From: Folioceros fuciformis
Lineage: Eukaryota
Direction of reading: 5' to 3'
Assembly (NCBI GenBank): GCA_049999805.1
Contig: JBNGIO010006255.1
Location: 618,922-645,831, forward strand
Length of the DNA stretch: 26,910 nucleotides
Shown: positions 1 through 10,555 of the stretch, piece by piece
How positions within the stretch are numbered: position 1 is the stretch's first letter
Layout: each line of letters starts with the position of its first letter
Position numbers and translations under genes: made by a program
The notes under the pieces: generated by a model
The model's input: only the letters and a program-made list of their open reading frames with translations
What the model was told of the DNA's origin: nothing
The model's database searches: none

Positions 1-3000
1 GCTTGGCCTCTTGTAATGCTTCCTCTAAGGTTGGTNNNNNNNNNNNNNNNNNNNNNNNNNNNNNNNNNNNNNNNNNNNNNNNNNNNNNNNNNNNNNNNNN
101 NNNNNNNNNNNNNNNNNNNNNNNNNNNNNNNNNNNCTTCCTCTAAGGTTGGTTCAGATTTTTCCTCGATATCGGGGTTGGTGCCAAAATCCTCCATGGCA
201 AGTTGAGTATCGAAGTCCCTCTGCTCACACAAAAAAACTTTCAAGGATCAGAGAGCATGATGTGCAGAGAAGAAACTGGGCAACATGGACCAAAACAGAC
301 ACACTTACTCTGAACTTCAGATCAAGAGCTGATTTAGTAGCTTCCTCTGCATCACCTATCTCCATCTTCTTGTCTTCCTCAAACGTAAGCGCCTTGCTGA
401 CATCCGACTGCTGGCGACCTCTGCTGCTAGGGACAGTCCGTCTCCCTGCTTGTTCTCCAACACTTCTGGCTTCGCCAGAAGCTGACGGCCCGAAAGCAGC
501 TCGCTTCCTTTGAGCCACAAAACCAAATTCCAAGAAACTGTTCAGTCTACCCTTGCTGCTGCGCTCACCACTGCTGACCTTCGGCACTATATCCGTTCCT
601 AAACCCTGCCTTGCTAGATTCTGTTGAAGAATGTTCATAGCACGTTCGACGGCAGCATCTGAATTCAGCGTGACTGTTTTTGGCGATTCAACGAGTACTC
701 TCTTTCTTTCCCTGCCAGCTTCATCAAGCGCTCTGTCTTTCTCTGCTCTTTCCAACAAGATGGCACTCGCTCTTTCTGCTGCTTCCTTTGGCGAAAGTCT
801 TTGCCTCACTGGAGGAGCCTTTGGAGTGGCCGGGGTTACAGATTGAGGAGGTCGGGTGAAAGAACTGACTCTCGGGGATCTTGAAGATGGCCATTGAGCA
901 CGTTGGTCTACCTCCGTAGTTTTGGCCACTATTGCCCTCGCCCCCTCTGCTGACTCCGCTGCATCACCTGTCGCTATCCTGAGCTCCACTCCTTCCAACA
1001 CATTTGAAGTTGCACTTCCGCCTACTTCCTCTTGGGGGGGTTTCTGCCATATATGAGGGGCCGCTGTAGCTTTACCTCGCCCTCTGCCAAGTCCAGGCCT
1101 CACATCTAGGCCATGACCAAACAAAGACAAAGGAACAAATGAACTTTTTGTGCTCTCTCCACTATCAAGTGCCAACCTGGTTCCCCTCCCTCTGCCAATT
1201 CCAGGTTTACCATCAGAGCCCAATCCCAATGGAGGATGTGCCTGACCTCCACTGAGGCCACCAGCCACTTTCTGCTCTCGTGGTTGTTCACTGGGGATTG
1301 ACTCAGGCAATGCCTGCCCTCTTCCAATCCCCTTTGATACTGGCAGAGACTGGCCTCGTCCCGCACCTGAAATGTCGCCAAACTTCAAGTCAGGTAGAGA
1401 CTGACCCCGTCCAACACCTGATGTGTCAACGAGGCCCAACGCAGGCAGAGGCAGTGCCTGGCCTCGCCCCGCACCTGTTTTGTCACCAAGGCCCAACTCA
1501 GACAGTGGCAGAGCCTGGCTGCGACCAGCACCTGAGCTGTCACCAAGGCCCAGGTCAGGCGTAGGAAGAGCTTGGCCCCGTCCAGCAACTGATTGGTAGC
1601 CCAAGCTCAACTCTGGCAAATCTTTGCCTCTCCCAAAGCCAGGCTTGTCAACAGGGACCTGGCTGCTAAGTGCAGGGTCAGACATCTGAGGTGGCTCGGT
1701 AATATCAGCTGATTTGAAACCCAACGATGCGGAGTCAGAAGGTGGTTTTCCGCCGAATTCTGAGGTGAAACTGTCCGAAGCTGGTAATACCTTGCCTCCG
1801 CCCAACCCAGGTTTGCCCTGCTGTACTGAATCAGGAGTAGACTTGGAGCTGACAGGAGAGGAAGGACTTTCCGAAGCAGGGACATCATACGTAACTTCAG
1901 GTGATGCCGGTCTCGTGATAGCTGCTTGTGGAAGCTGAGCCTGCGGCTCAGCAGGTTTGACTGGATGCAACTGGGGCATGGGTCCAGGTGAGGCCGGTTT
2001 TCCAGATGTAGATTCAGCAGGTCTCAATCCAGCTAGTGGTTCCATCGACAGACTGACAGCCGGCCTCGCCTTTGATTCACCAGGCTTGACAACAGGGAAA
2101 GGTGAGACTGGCCTACTTGAAGACACCTGAGGCATCCATTCACCTGTCTCAAATGGCCTGAAGTCGGCAGGTTTGATAAGAGGCAGAGGCGAGACCTGCT
2201 GTGCTGGAGGCGCATGCGACCACTCAGCTGGCCCTGATTCAACTGCAGGCTTTGCCCAGGTGGATTGCCACTCCGACGGTCTTGACTCTGTATGATCCAC
2301 TCGAGATGGTAATCTCACGGAGTCAGTGAACACTGGACTGGGCCTGGATGCCGGGACTTGAGACAGAGACCTTGGATGTCCATCATACACAGAGTAGGGC
2401 AGGGGCGATTGCATGCTGGACGGATGCTGGTATGGACCACCAGCTGGACGCGACGAGGGAGGGGGCGAAGTAGCCTCACGTATGCCCTCAGCCCGCTGCA
2501 CAACCACTTGTCTCATTTCTTTGAACACTTGGTCAAGCTTGTCCAGTTGGCCAGTCTGAGAATATGTCTCCAGAAGCACATTATATGTTGGTACCTCAAC
2601 TGCAATCTGCATCTTCTTCATTTCATTGAAGAGTACCTCCACCTCATGCAGTCGTCCTTCTCTAAAGTTTGATTCAATTAATTGAGCAAAGTCTTTGCCA
2701 GGCTGAGCATCCTGTGATGGCCATGCCGTTCTCCCATCAGGCATGCCTGTACTCATCTTAGGGCGAAGCACATGAGAAGCAGCATGCGCTTGTTGCAGTG
2801 TACCTGGAGCTTGAGACAACAAGCTTGCTGAATTGGAAAACTGCCATTCTTGCTGCTGTGGCCCTGGAAAGGAGGTAAATCCTTGGAATGGAATGTTGTT
2901 CTGGGGAAGGGGAAGTCCTTGCAGCTGTGGAGACCCAAGATTCTGACCTTGAGAAGGCACACTGCCCTGCGCAGATGGCAACCCTGGTCCCTGTGCACCT

Positions 3001-6000
3001 GGAAATACCTGTCTATGTGCAATTGGGAAGCTTTGTCCCTGTGCAGAAGCAAAACCCAAATCCTGCACAAATCCCTGACCCTGTGCAGGCAAAAACTCGT
3101 GACCTTGCACAGGCATAAATTGCCCTTGAGAAGGCACAAATCCCTGGCCCTGTGCAGTCACAAATCCATGGTTTTGTAAAGGCAGAGGTACGAGTTGCCC
3201 TTGGACAGGTACGAATGCCTGACCTTGAGCAGAGAAATATACCTGGCCCTGTGCAGGCACAAATCCTTGGCTTTGTGCAGGTACGAATCCCTGGCCCTGT
3301 ACAGGCACGAATCCCTGGCCCTGTGCAGCCACGAATCCCTGGCCCTGTGCAGNNNNNNNNNNCACGAATCCCTGGCCCTGTGCAGCCACGAATCCCTGGC
3401 CCTGTGCAGCCACGAATCCCTGGCCCTGTGCAGCCACGAATCCCTGGCCCCGTGCAGGCACGAATCCCTGGCCCAGTGCAGGCACGAATCCCTGGCCCGG
3501 TGCAGATTCAAATCCAGGTCCCTGTGCAGGCACAAATCCCTGACCCTGCGCAGGTACGAATCCCTGACCCTGCGCCGGTACAAATCCCTGACCCTGCGTA
3601 GGTATAAATCCTTGGCCCTGTGCCAGCCCAAAACCATGGCCGTGTGCAGGCCCATGCCCCAGGCCTTGTGAAAGCCCAGCTCCCTGGCCTTGTGAAAACC
3701 CAGATCCCTGACCATGTGCAGGGACGAACCCTTGTCCCTGCGCAGACACAAAACCCTGCCCCTGTTCAGGCCCTAAACCTAGCCCCTGTGCAGATCCAGA
3801 ACTTTGCCAATGTGCAGATCCTGAGCCCTGGCCTTGTGCAGGCACAAAACCCTGCCGCTCTGCAGGCCCAAAGGACTGCCCCTGTGTAGATCCAGAGGCA
3901 TGACCCTGTGCAGGCACCAAACCTTGACCCTGCGCAGACAGGAAGCTTCCGCCCTGTTGGGATCTAAGACCCTCCGAAGAGAGAGAATTCTGACCCTTAC
4001 CTTGGGAAGACATCGAAGCCTGTCCAAAACCATCCCCTTGTGCAGGCTCAAAACCCTGACCCTGTGCAGACCCAGAAGTATGCCACTGTATAGATCCAGA
4101 GACCTGCTCTTGCGCAGGCACAAAACCCTGCCGTTGTGCAGGCACAAAACCCTGACCTTGGGCAGACGGGGAGCTTTGGCCCTGTTGGAATCCAAGACCC
4201 TGGGAAGGCACCAAATTTTGACCCTGACTCTGGGAAGACACAGGGCCCTGTCCAAACCCCTGCCCTTGTGGAGGCCCAAACCCTTGCCCCTGTGCAGCCC
4301 CTGAATTCTGCCATTGTGCAGATCCAGAGGCCTGCCCCTGTGCAGCCCCTGAATTCTGCCATTGTGCAGATCGAGAGGCCTGCCCCTGTGCAGCCCCTAA
4401 ATTCTGCCATTGTGCAGATCCAGAGGCCTGCCCCTGCGCAGACACAAATCCCTTACCCTGTGCAGAAGGGAAGCTTTGGCTCCGTTGGGATCCAAGAGCC
4501 TGTGGATGCACAAAATTCTGGCCCTGACCTTGGGTATGGGAAGACACAGAACCCTGTCCAAATCCCGCTTGAGGCACGAAGCCCTGGCTCTGTGCAGGAA
4601 CCGAGCTGTGGCTCTGCGCAGGACTGAAGCGTTGGCTCTCCACAGAACTGAAACCTTGATTGTGTGCGGGACTGAAGCCTTGACGCTGAGCGGGAAGGAA
4701 ACCTTGGCCTTGCGCAGCACCAAAGCCCTGGCCTTGAGCAGGAAGGAAACCTTGGCCCTGTGCAGAAACAAATTCTTGACCTTGCGGAGAAAGGAATGCT
4801 TGACCCTGATCAGAAACTGATTCTTGACTGCGTAGAGGGGTGAAGCCTCGACCTTGTGAAGGAACGAATCCTCCAACCTGGCCCGACGCTAATCCTTGAC
4901 GCTGTGGGGAAACGAAGCCTTGAGAAGAGACAAATCCTTGACCCTGAACAGGAAGGACGCCCTGGCCCTGACCCTCTGCAGCCAAATATCCTGATCCCTG
5001 CGCAGGGACGACAAATTGCTGAGCCCCTTGATGAACATTTTCCTGCCCGTGCGCAGGTCCAAAACCCTGGATTTGCGAAGGCCGAAGCACGTGACCTTGA
5101 GAATGCTTGAAAGGAAGGCCGGACGGATCGGACCCCTGCTGAAGTCCAGAGGGGGCAGCAGGAGCTGCCCCCATAGACTGAGCACCATCTGTCCTGGGCT
5201 GGACCTGTTGCACCCAGCCACCACCCCGGCCTCCACCCTGCCAATGCGCATCGGAAAATGTGGAAGAGTCAGGAGGCGCCGCATTCCCGTTGCTAGGGTN
5301 NNNNNNNNNNNNNNNNNNNNNNNNNNNNNNNNNNNNNNNNNNNNNNNNNNNNNNNNNNNNNNNNNNNNNNNNNNNNNNNNNNNNNNNNNNNNNNNNNNNN
5401 NNNNNNNNNNNNNNNNNNNNNNNNNNNNNNNNNNNNNNNNNNNNNNNNNNNNNNNNNNNNNNNNNNNNNNNNNNNNNNNNNNNNNNNNNNNNNNNNNNNN
5501 NNNNNNNNNNNNNNNNNNNNNNNNNNNNNNNNNNNNNNNNNNNNNNNNNNNNNNNNNNNNNNNNNNNNNNNNNNNNNNNNNNNNNNNNNNNNNNNNNNNN
5601 NNNNNNNNNNNNNNNNNNNNNNNNNNNNNNNNNNNNNNNNNNNNNNNNNNNNNNNNNNNNNNNNNNNNNNNNNNNNNNNNNNNNNNNNNNNNNNNNNNNA
5701 GCGGGTAGTACTCGATTCAAAGAACCATTCTGCCGCTGCGCCTGCGCCTGCGCCTGCGTGGCCTGGCCAAATCCCGGGGTCTGCGATCCTCCAGCAGCCC
5801 CAGGAAAGGGACCGCCGCTCTCCCAAGGCTGCCGCTCCGGTACGGAACCTCCTCTCCCGATAGAGCTAGGAGGGGCAGGAGCTCCCCGCCCTCTGCCACG
5901 ACCCACACCGCCAAGCCCATCCTGCACCTGATGCTGATGCTGCTGCAATGGCTGGAGAAAAGGAGCAGAATCGTTGAAGGGCTGGTACCCCCGCTTGGTC

Positions 6001-6062
6001 CCCAGCCCCAAAAGCTGCCGGGCAACGACCCGGCTGCCTAATGCTCCTCGCCCCCAGTGCAT
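1..6062 (-). CDS. Giant low-complexity mitochondrial-type protein (>1,900 aa, 3'-truncated): QG-rich repeats, 2 PPR motifs, GRG repeats and an At1g53645/mS84-like C-terminal segment
   Basis: First ATG at 6062 (MHWGRGALGSRVVARQLLGLGTKRGY, Arg-rich with no acidic residues). One stop-free exon 6062-309 crosses N gaps 5300-5699 and 3353-3362. A phase-0 intron 308-221 (GTAAGT...GCAG) follows. The exon from 220 reads RDFDTQLAMEDFGTNPDIEEKSEPTLEEALQEAK, resembling the '...DF.xNPDIDEKPPxxLxxxLEKxKPF' segment I recall from the At1g53645 family. Confidence 0.75.
36..135. other. Assembly gap (100 N), probably artificial
   Basis: 17 identical bp flank the gap (19-35 = 136-152). Confidence 0.85.
1300..1645 (-). 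repeat. Degenerate coding repeat of up to ~60 bp (GRGQALPxxxLGLGDxSGA)
   Basis: About six GRG[QK]xLP units, spaced 11-20 aa apart in the translation. Confidence 0.8.
2510..2693 (-). other. Two tandem PPR (pentatricopeptide) motifs within gene 1
   Basis: DFAQLIESNFREGRLHEVEVLFNEMKKMQIAVEVP-TYNVLLETYSQTGQLDKLDQVFKEMRQ fits the 35-aa PPR consensus (TYNxLIxxYxxxGxxxxAxxxFxEM). Confidence 0.85.
3130..3620 (-). repeat. Coding 24-bp tandem repeat (octapeptide AQGQGFV[P/A])
   Basis: The unit cacgaatccctggccctgtgcagc is near-perfect from about 3285-3505, with degenerate flanks. A 10-N gap at 3353-3362 leaves copy number unresolved. Confidence 0.95.
4284..4436 (-). repeat. Coding 48-bp tandem repeat x3 (AQGQASGSAQWQNSGA)
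   Basis: Three near-identical copies of gcccctgtgcagcccctgaattctgccattgtgcagatccagaggcct. Confidence 0.95.
5300..5699. other. Assembly gap (400 N) inside gene 1
   Basis: Run of N. Confidence 0.99.
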
Positions 6063-6319
6063 TGTCCGATCGACGAGCTCGATCACTCCACCGCAGTGGC
6101 TCCTCCTCAGGCCCAGACCATCATGCTGCCAAGTCGACTCAACGCGACTCGACTCGACTCCATTCCGTATCCCAACTTAGGTTAATTAAGCAGATGCCCA
6201 GCAAAGGGGTCGTACCTGCTTTACGACAACTCGCTTAGTACGCCGGATTCTCGGTCTACTACAATCCAGAATGCGCCGTCAGTTTAGCGTGAAAGACTGG
6301 AGGCAGACTAAGGAGCGTA
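6063..6319. promoter_or_regulatory. Short bidirectional promoter region between gene 1 and IMPL1
   Basis: 257 bp separate the divergent ATGs. The interval contains GGCCCA (site II-like, 6110-6115) and four CGACTC copies (6135-6160). Confidence 0.6.
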
Positions 6320-8333
6320 ATGGCATCCTCCGCCTTCGCCATTTCCCGGGTGCCCGTGCCCGGGCCCGGGCCACTCTCGGTGGAGAGGCACCTCAGACCG
6401 GGAGCCTGCGGGATCGGGCTGAGACTCAGAGCTCTTGTGAGAAGCAGGTCTTGCAGAGCTGCCGTGTCTGTGGCAGATGAGAGGAGGAGAATTGGTGCGG
6501 ACTCAACGGGCGGTATCCCCGGGGAGCAGCTGCTCAAGGGGCTACAAGCTGCAGCCAAGGATGGAGCTGAGGTGGGATTCGGGCCGGTACTCTAGTAAGG
6601 CTTGTTTCCGATGCGGTGGCGCTCAGTTTGTGGGCGGCTTGTGATGGCAGGTGGTCATGGCAGCAGTGGATAGGCCTCGTTCTATTGACTACAAGGGAGC
6701 TACGGACTTGGTGACAGAGTATGACTGATGACGATGCCATGGACTTCTGCTTTTGGTTGAGACTGGGATCGGGTTTCATGATGTTGCTGGGCGTGTATTT
6801 CAGCACTGATCGGAAGACTGAATTGGCGATACTGAAAACACTGCGAGAGTATTTTCCGGATCACTTGATTCTGGGTGAAGAAGGTGGCGTTAGCGGAGAC
6901 TCTGGTTCTGAGTACCTGTGGTGTGTGGATCCCCTTGGTATGAATGCTTTGTTACCTTGGACCGTCACATGTGGGATCGGGTCGTTGTTGGGCACATGAG
7001 CAGCTGATGAGACGGGGATTCATGTATGTGCATGTTCAGATGGAACCACAAACTTTGCTCACTCTTATCCAAGCTTCGGTGTGTCTATAGCTGTTCTGCA
7101 TAAGGGGAGGCCTGCTGCCGCAGCAGTGGTGAGTTGTCATTCAAGTTCGCCTTCGACGATGATTTTGGTCCCTACGTAAATCCCGTGGGTTGCATGGTCG
7201 GTATTGTTTGGTTCATCACGACTACTTGCTTTGGTCTGCAATGGCAGGTCGAATTTGGAGGAGGACCCTATTGTTGGGTTACTCGAACATTTACAGCTTC
7301 TGCAGGCAACTGCCAATGATTCCCATTAGTCAGCCCCCTCTCATGCTAAGAGTTCGGCGTCTGTCATTCTGTTTGCAGCAGCATGATTCGCTAGAATCAA
7401 GCCTGTAGTCTAGAAGAGCTCAACATTGACTCGGTCTCCAGCACCATCGTTGTTGAGAATCCTCACGCCGTTTCACACTGGATGGCGCAGGTGGTGGAGC
7501 CTTTTGCAATGGCCACCCGATCCACGTCAGTAAAACTGATCAGGTGAGTGGTTCTCATGGCTACAGGCGACTTGCCATGTATGACGCAGAACGACCATCT
7601 GATCACAGAGTAATCATTTTACGCAGATTGAAAGGTCTCTGCTAGTGACAGGTTTTGGGTACGAGCATGACGAAGCCTGGTCAACCAACATTGCACTGTT
7701 CAAAGAGTTCACCGACATAAGCCGGGTATGGTTACCGATCTGGAAGCATGTAAGAGGTACCGCCCATTGTCTTTCATCAAATGCTCAGCCTCACAACTTT
7801 GTTGTGGAATCTCACAGGGTGTCCGTCGGCTAGGTGCCGCTTCAGTCGACATGTGCCATGTTGCACTGGGAATCGTGGATGCATACTGGGAGTACCGGCT
7901 GAAGCCTTGGGACATGGCTGCTGGAGTCCTGGTATGAACCATATGGATCCGAGTTACTGTGCTGGCAGAAGCACTTCCTTTCCAGCTTGAAGGAAGAGGA
8001 TGACACTGGTGTGGGATGTGGGAACTTGAGTAGATTGTTGAGGAGGCTGGAGGAGTTGTCACTCGCATGGATGGTGGTAACTTTTCAGTGTTCGACCGCT
8101 CTGTACTTGTGTCAAACGGGGCCCTGCACGAAAAGGTTCATGCAATGCTACCCAGCAATCCCAAAACTTGTGTTACGCTGGGGTTTTCAACTTCACAGAA
8201 CTGTGTCTTCTGACGGAAACTTGGTTGCTTCCTGCAGCTGTTGGACAAAGTAAAAGCACCGACACTGAAGCTCATCGCTGATGGTTTGGACTTCTCGCAT
8301 TGGTGCAAACCGACCGGGTATTCTCTTCAATAG
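6320..8333 (+). CDS. IMPL1: Inositol monophosphatase-like protein 1, plastid (10 exons)
   Basis: Exons 6320-6571, 6651-6718, 6804-6937, 7040-7128, 7248-7305, 7491-7543, 7627-7725, 7818-7931, 8034-8135 and 8238-8333 join in frame. IMPase motifs: DLVTDTD, ILGEE, WCVDPLDGTTNFAH, RRLGAASVDMCHVALG, WEYRLKPWDMAAG. The N-terminus is a Ser/Arg/Ala-rich transit-like peptide. Confidence 0.95.
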
Positions 8334-8511
8334 GAGTTGTCCCATTACAACGTTTGGGGACAGAAGCCTGGAGTTCGAGTGCCATCTCCTCCACCGTCGA
8401 CAACCGATCGGTCTGGGTTTATGTGGGAGGGACGAGTTCTGGGTTTGTCTCCCAAGCTCGTTTCCTTTGTGTAGGCAAGGGGTGTGAACAGGCGTATTTA
8501 TTTTAGCCGTC

Positions 8512-8872
8512 CGTACCTCCTGGAGCTTGAAAGAACGTGCCTGCTGAATTGGAATGTACTCATTCTTGCCGCTGTGGCTCTGGAAAGGAGGAAGGGGAAT
8601 TGGAATGTTTGTTCTAAGGGCAGAGGAAAATCTTGGCTCTGCGAAGACCCTAGTTTCTGACGTTGATGAGGCAAAAAGCCCTGCGCAGACGCTAAACCTA
8701 GACGCTCCCTGTCTGACTCTGTGCAACTTGGAACCTCTATCCCTGTCCAGAAGCACAACCCAAATCCTGCACAGAGTTTTAACCCTGTCCAGACTAAAAC
8801 TCTTGACTCTCCACAGGCATAAATTACCCTGGGTAGACACAAACCCCGGGCCCTGCGCTCATGAAGCCCTGA
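8512..8872 (-). pseudogene. Decayed partial duplicate of gene 1 (copy of about 2800-3172)
   Basis: Collinear nucleotide similarity, e.g. tggagcttga...gctgaattggaa...cattcttgc.gctgtgg..ctggaaaggagg and caaatcctgcaca...acaggcataaatt. In the homologous frame there are TAG, TAA and TAG stops and small frameshifts. Confidence 0.85.
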
Positions 8873-10555
8873 CAATTCCATTGCCATCGGCTCTGCTTGA
8901 TCGGGTCTCCGAGTCATGCCTAAACTCCGCTTGAGGGAACAGTGAAGCATGCTCGAGATCCGGTCGTGCAGCACAAGTACGCTGAGCTAAAGACATTTCT
9001 GTGAAGGCAGCGATGCTGGCATAGGCCTGCACACCGCTAAGCTCCATCTTTAGAGCACTTCATCTTGACATTGCAGTTGTGGGCTTCTGTGAGCATGTAT
9101 GATGCGCAGTCCTTGCCTGATTGCCTCCAACAAACCGCTCAAGCTCTACTTGGGAGCTCCGATGCAAACACTGACAGTGAAGATGATCGTCAGCCTTCAA
9201 TTTGGGATATTACCTGGGATGAGAAGGACGACAACGCCTGCGGTGGGATCGGAGTGGACTGTAACTCCTGATCGCCACGTGCAAGGGCTGGGTTATTCTC
9301 GGGCTGGGCTCTGGTGCATATTCCTGGAGTCACTGGCTACGCATAACCCTTCAACAATGACTTATTTGGCCAGCTCCAAAGCATGCGGCGTTCTCTTGGA
9401 CACATCGTCGAACAACTAGTTCCTACATACCTGATGCGAGATCAACAGTTTGATGGGCCTGACATGGTTGGATCTGTCCGGCTGGGAACCTTCTGTAATG
9501 AGACGTTGAATGGCATCAATTTAGAGAAGTTGCGCTGTGGCTGCACAGTGGTTGCCAAGCACACTGATGAGTACCAGAGCGATCGGAAACGAAGGAAGTG
9601 CTGGATTTGACACGAAACCTCCCTGTACAATGTAACGAACCTGCCGTCACATATCCAAGAACCCGAGGACGCGTACATGCAGAGTACCCGAGGACTAGAG
9701 TTCCGATGCAGCTCTTTGCAATGGCCAATTTCGATTGCAGGCCTAGGCTGCAAGTCTTCTCCCAGTAGGACTCAGTCTGGTAACAGAGGCGCGTATGATT
9801 CAGATTCAGTTTCTGTGATGGCCAACTTCGCAGAATCCGATCGGGAGAAGTGGGTAAACAGTTTCTGTGATGAATTGAACACAAGGCCACGACGACTAAG
9901 GAAACGTGTCTTGTAACAGGAGCTGGCTGCTTCCCTGCAGCCATAGAACAGAGAGAGCAGAACGACCAACACTCAAGCTCATGGCCGATGGTTCGCGGCG
10001 GTATGAGCCCACCGCGTATACTCTTCGATAGGGGGTTGCTTAGAAAACGACAATGGGGACACGACGTCGCACGGAAGCCTGGAATTGGAGCGCCATGTCC
10101 TACCATACCCTCGTCAAGCTAGCTAGCTCGAGACGTCTTGTCTGTCTGCCATGGAATGTGACGTGTTGAAGATTACGTGAGGACCTTGACATCTTCCCCG
10201 GAAGAAAGGTGCTTTTGCATGCCGAATCTAGCATGTGCTGGATTAACCAGGTGACACATCATGCATTGGCAAGTGATCGAGGAGAAATCCAACTCGATCA
10301 CTGCGCCGGTGACAATTCGACACGGCGTCAACATGGCATTGCGTCAACCACTTTACAACGATGAGACAACAAGCCCATGAACTCCTTAAAAGGCAAACCA
10401 GATCTGGCTTCGGAATCATCGCACAAGCTGTTGGCACCTCAGCTAGACCAGGTGATCTTCAACACTCAGTCTGCTACATCAAACTGGCACTTCCTGATTG
10501 CAACATCAGATTTGGCGGCAAGGATACCTGTGTAACTGCAGCGACGAAGTTAGCC

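Noticed and set aside
225-308. Hydrophobic C-terminus of the 1953-aa ORF (VSVSVLVHVAQFLL...)
   Set aside because: It is intron read-through: a GT-AG intron 308-221 joins a conserved-looking downstream exon in frame.
3130-4440. Regular direct repeats resembling a CRISPR array
   Set aside because: Units are contiguous multiples of 3 with no unique spacers, lie inside an ORF, and there are no cas genes in this eukaryotic context.
2753-5284. Many overlapping ORFs in alternative frames
   Set aside because: These are shadow frames created by stop-poor repeats in gene 1.
8193-8974. 215-aa and 158-aa minus-strand ORFs
   Set aside because: They are off-frame readings of the decayed duplicate. The frame homologous to gene 1 has stops.
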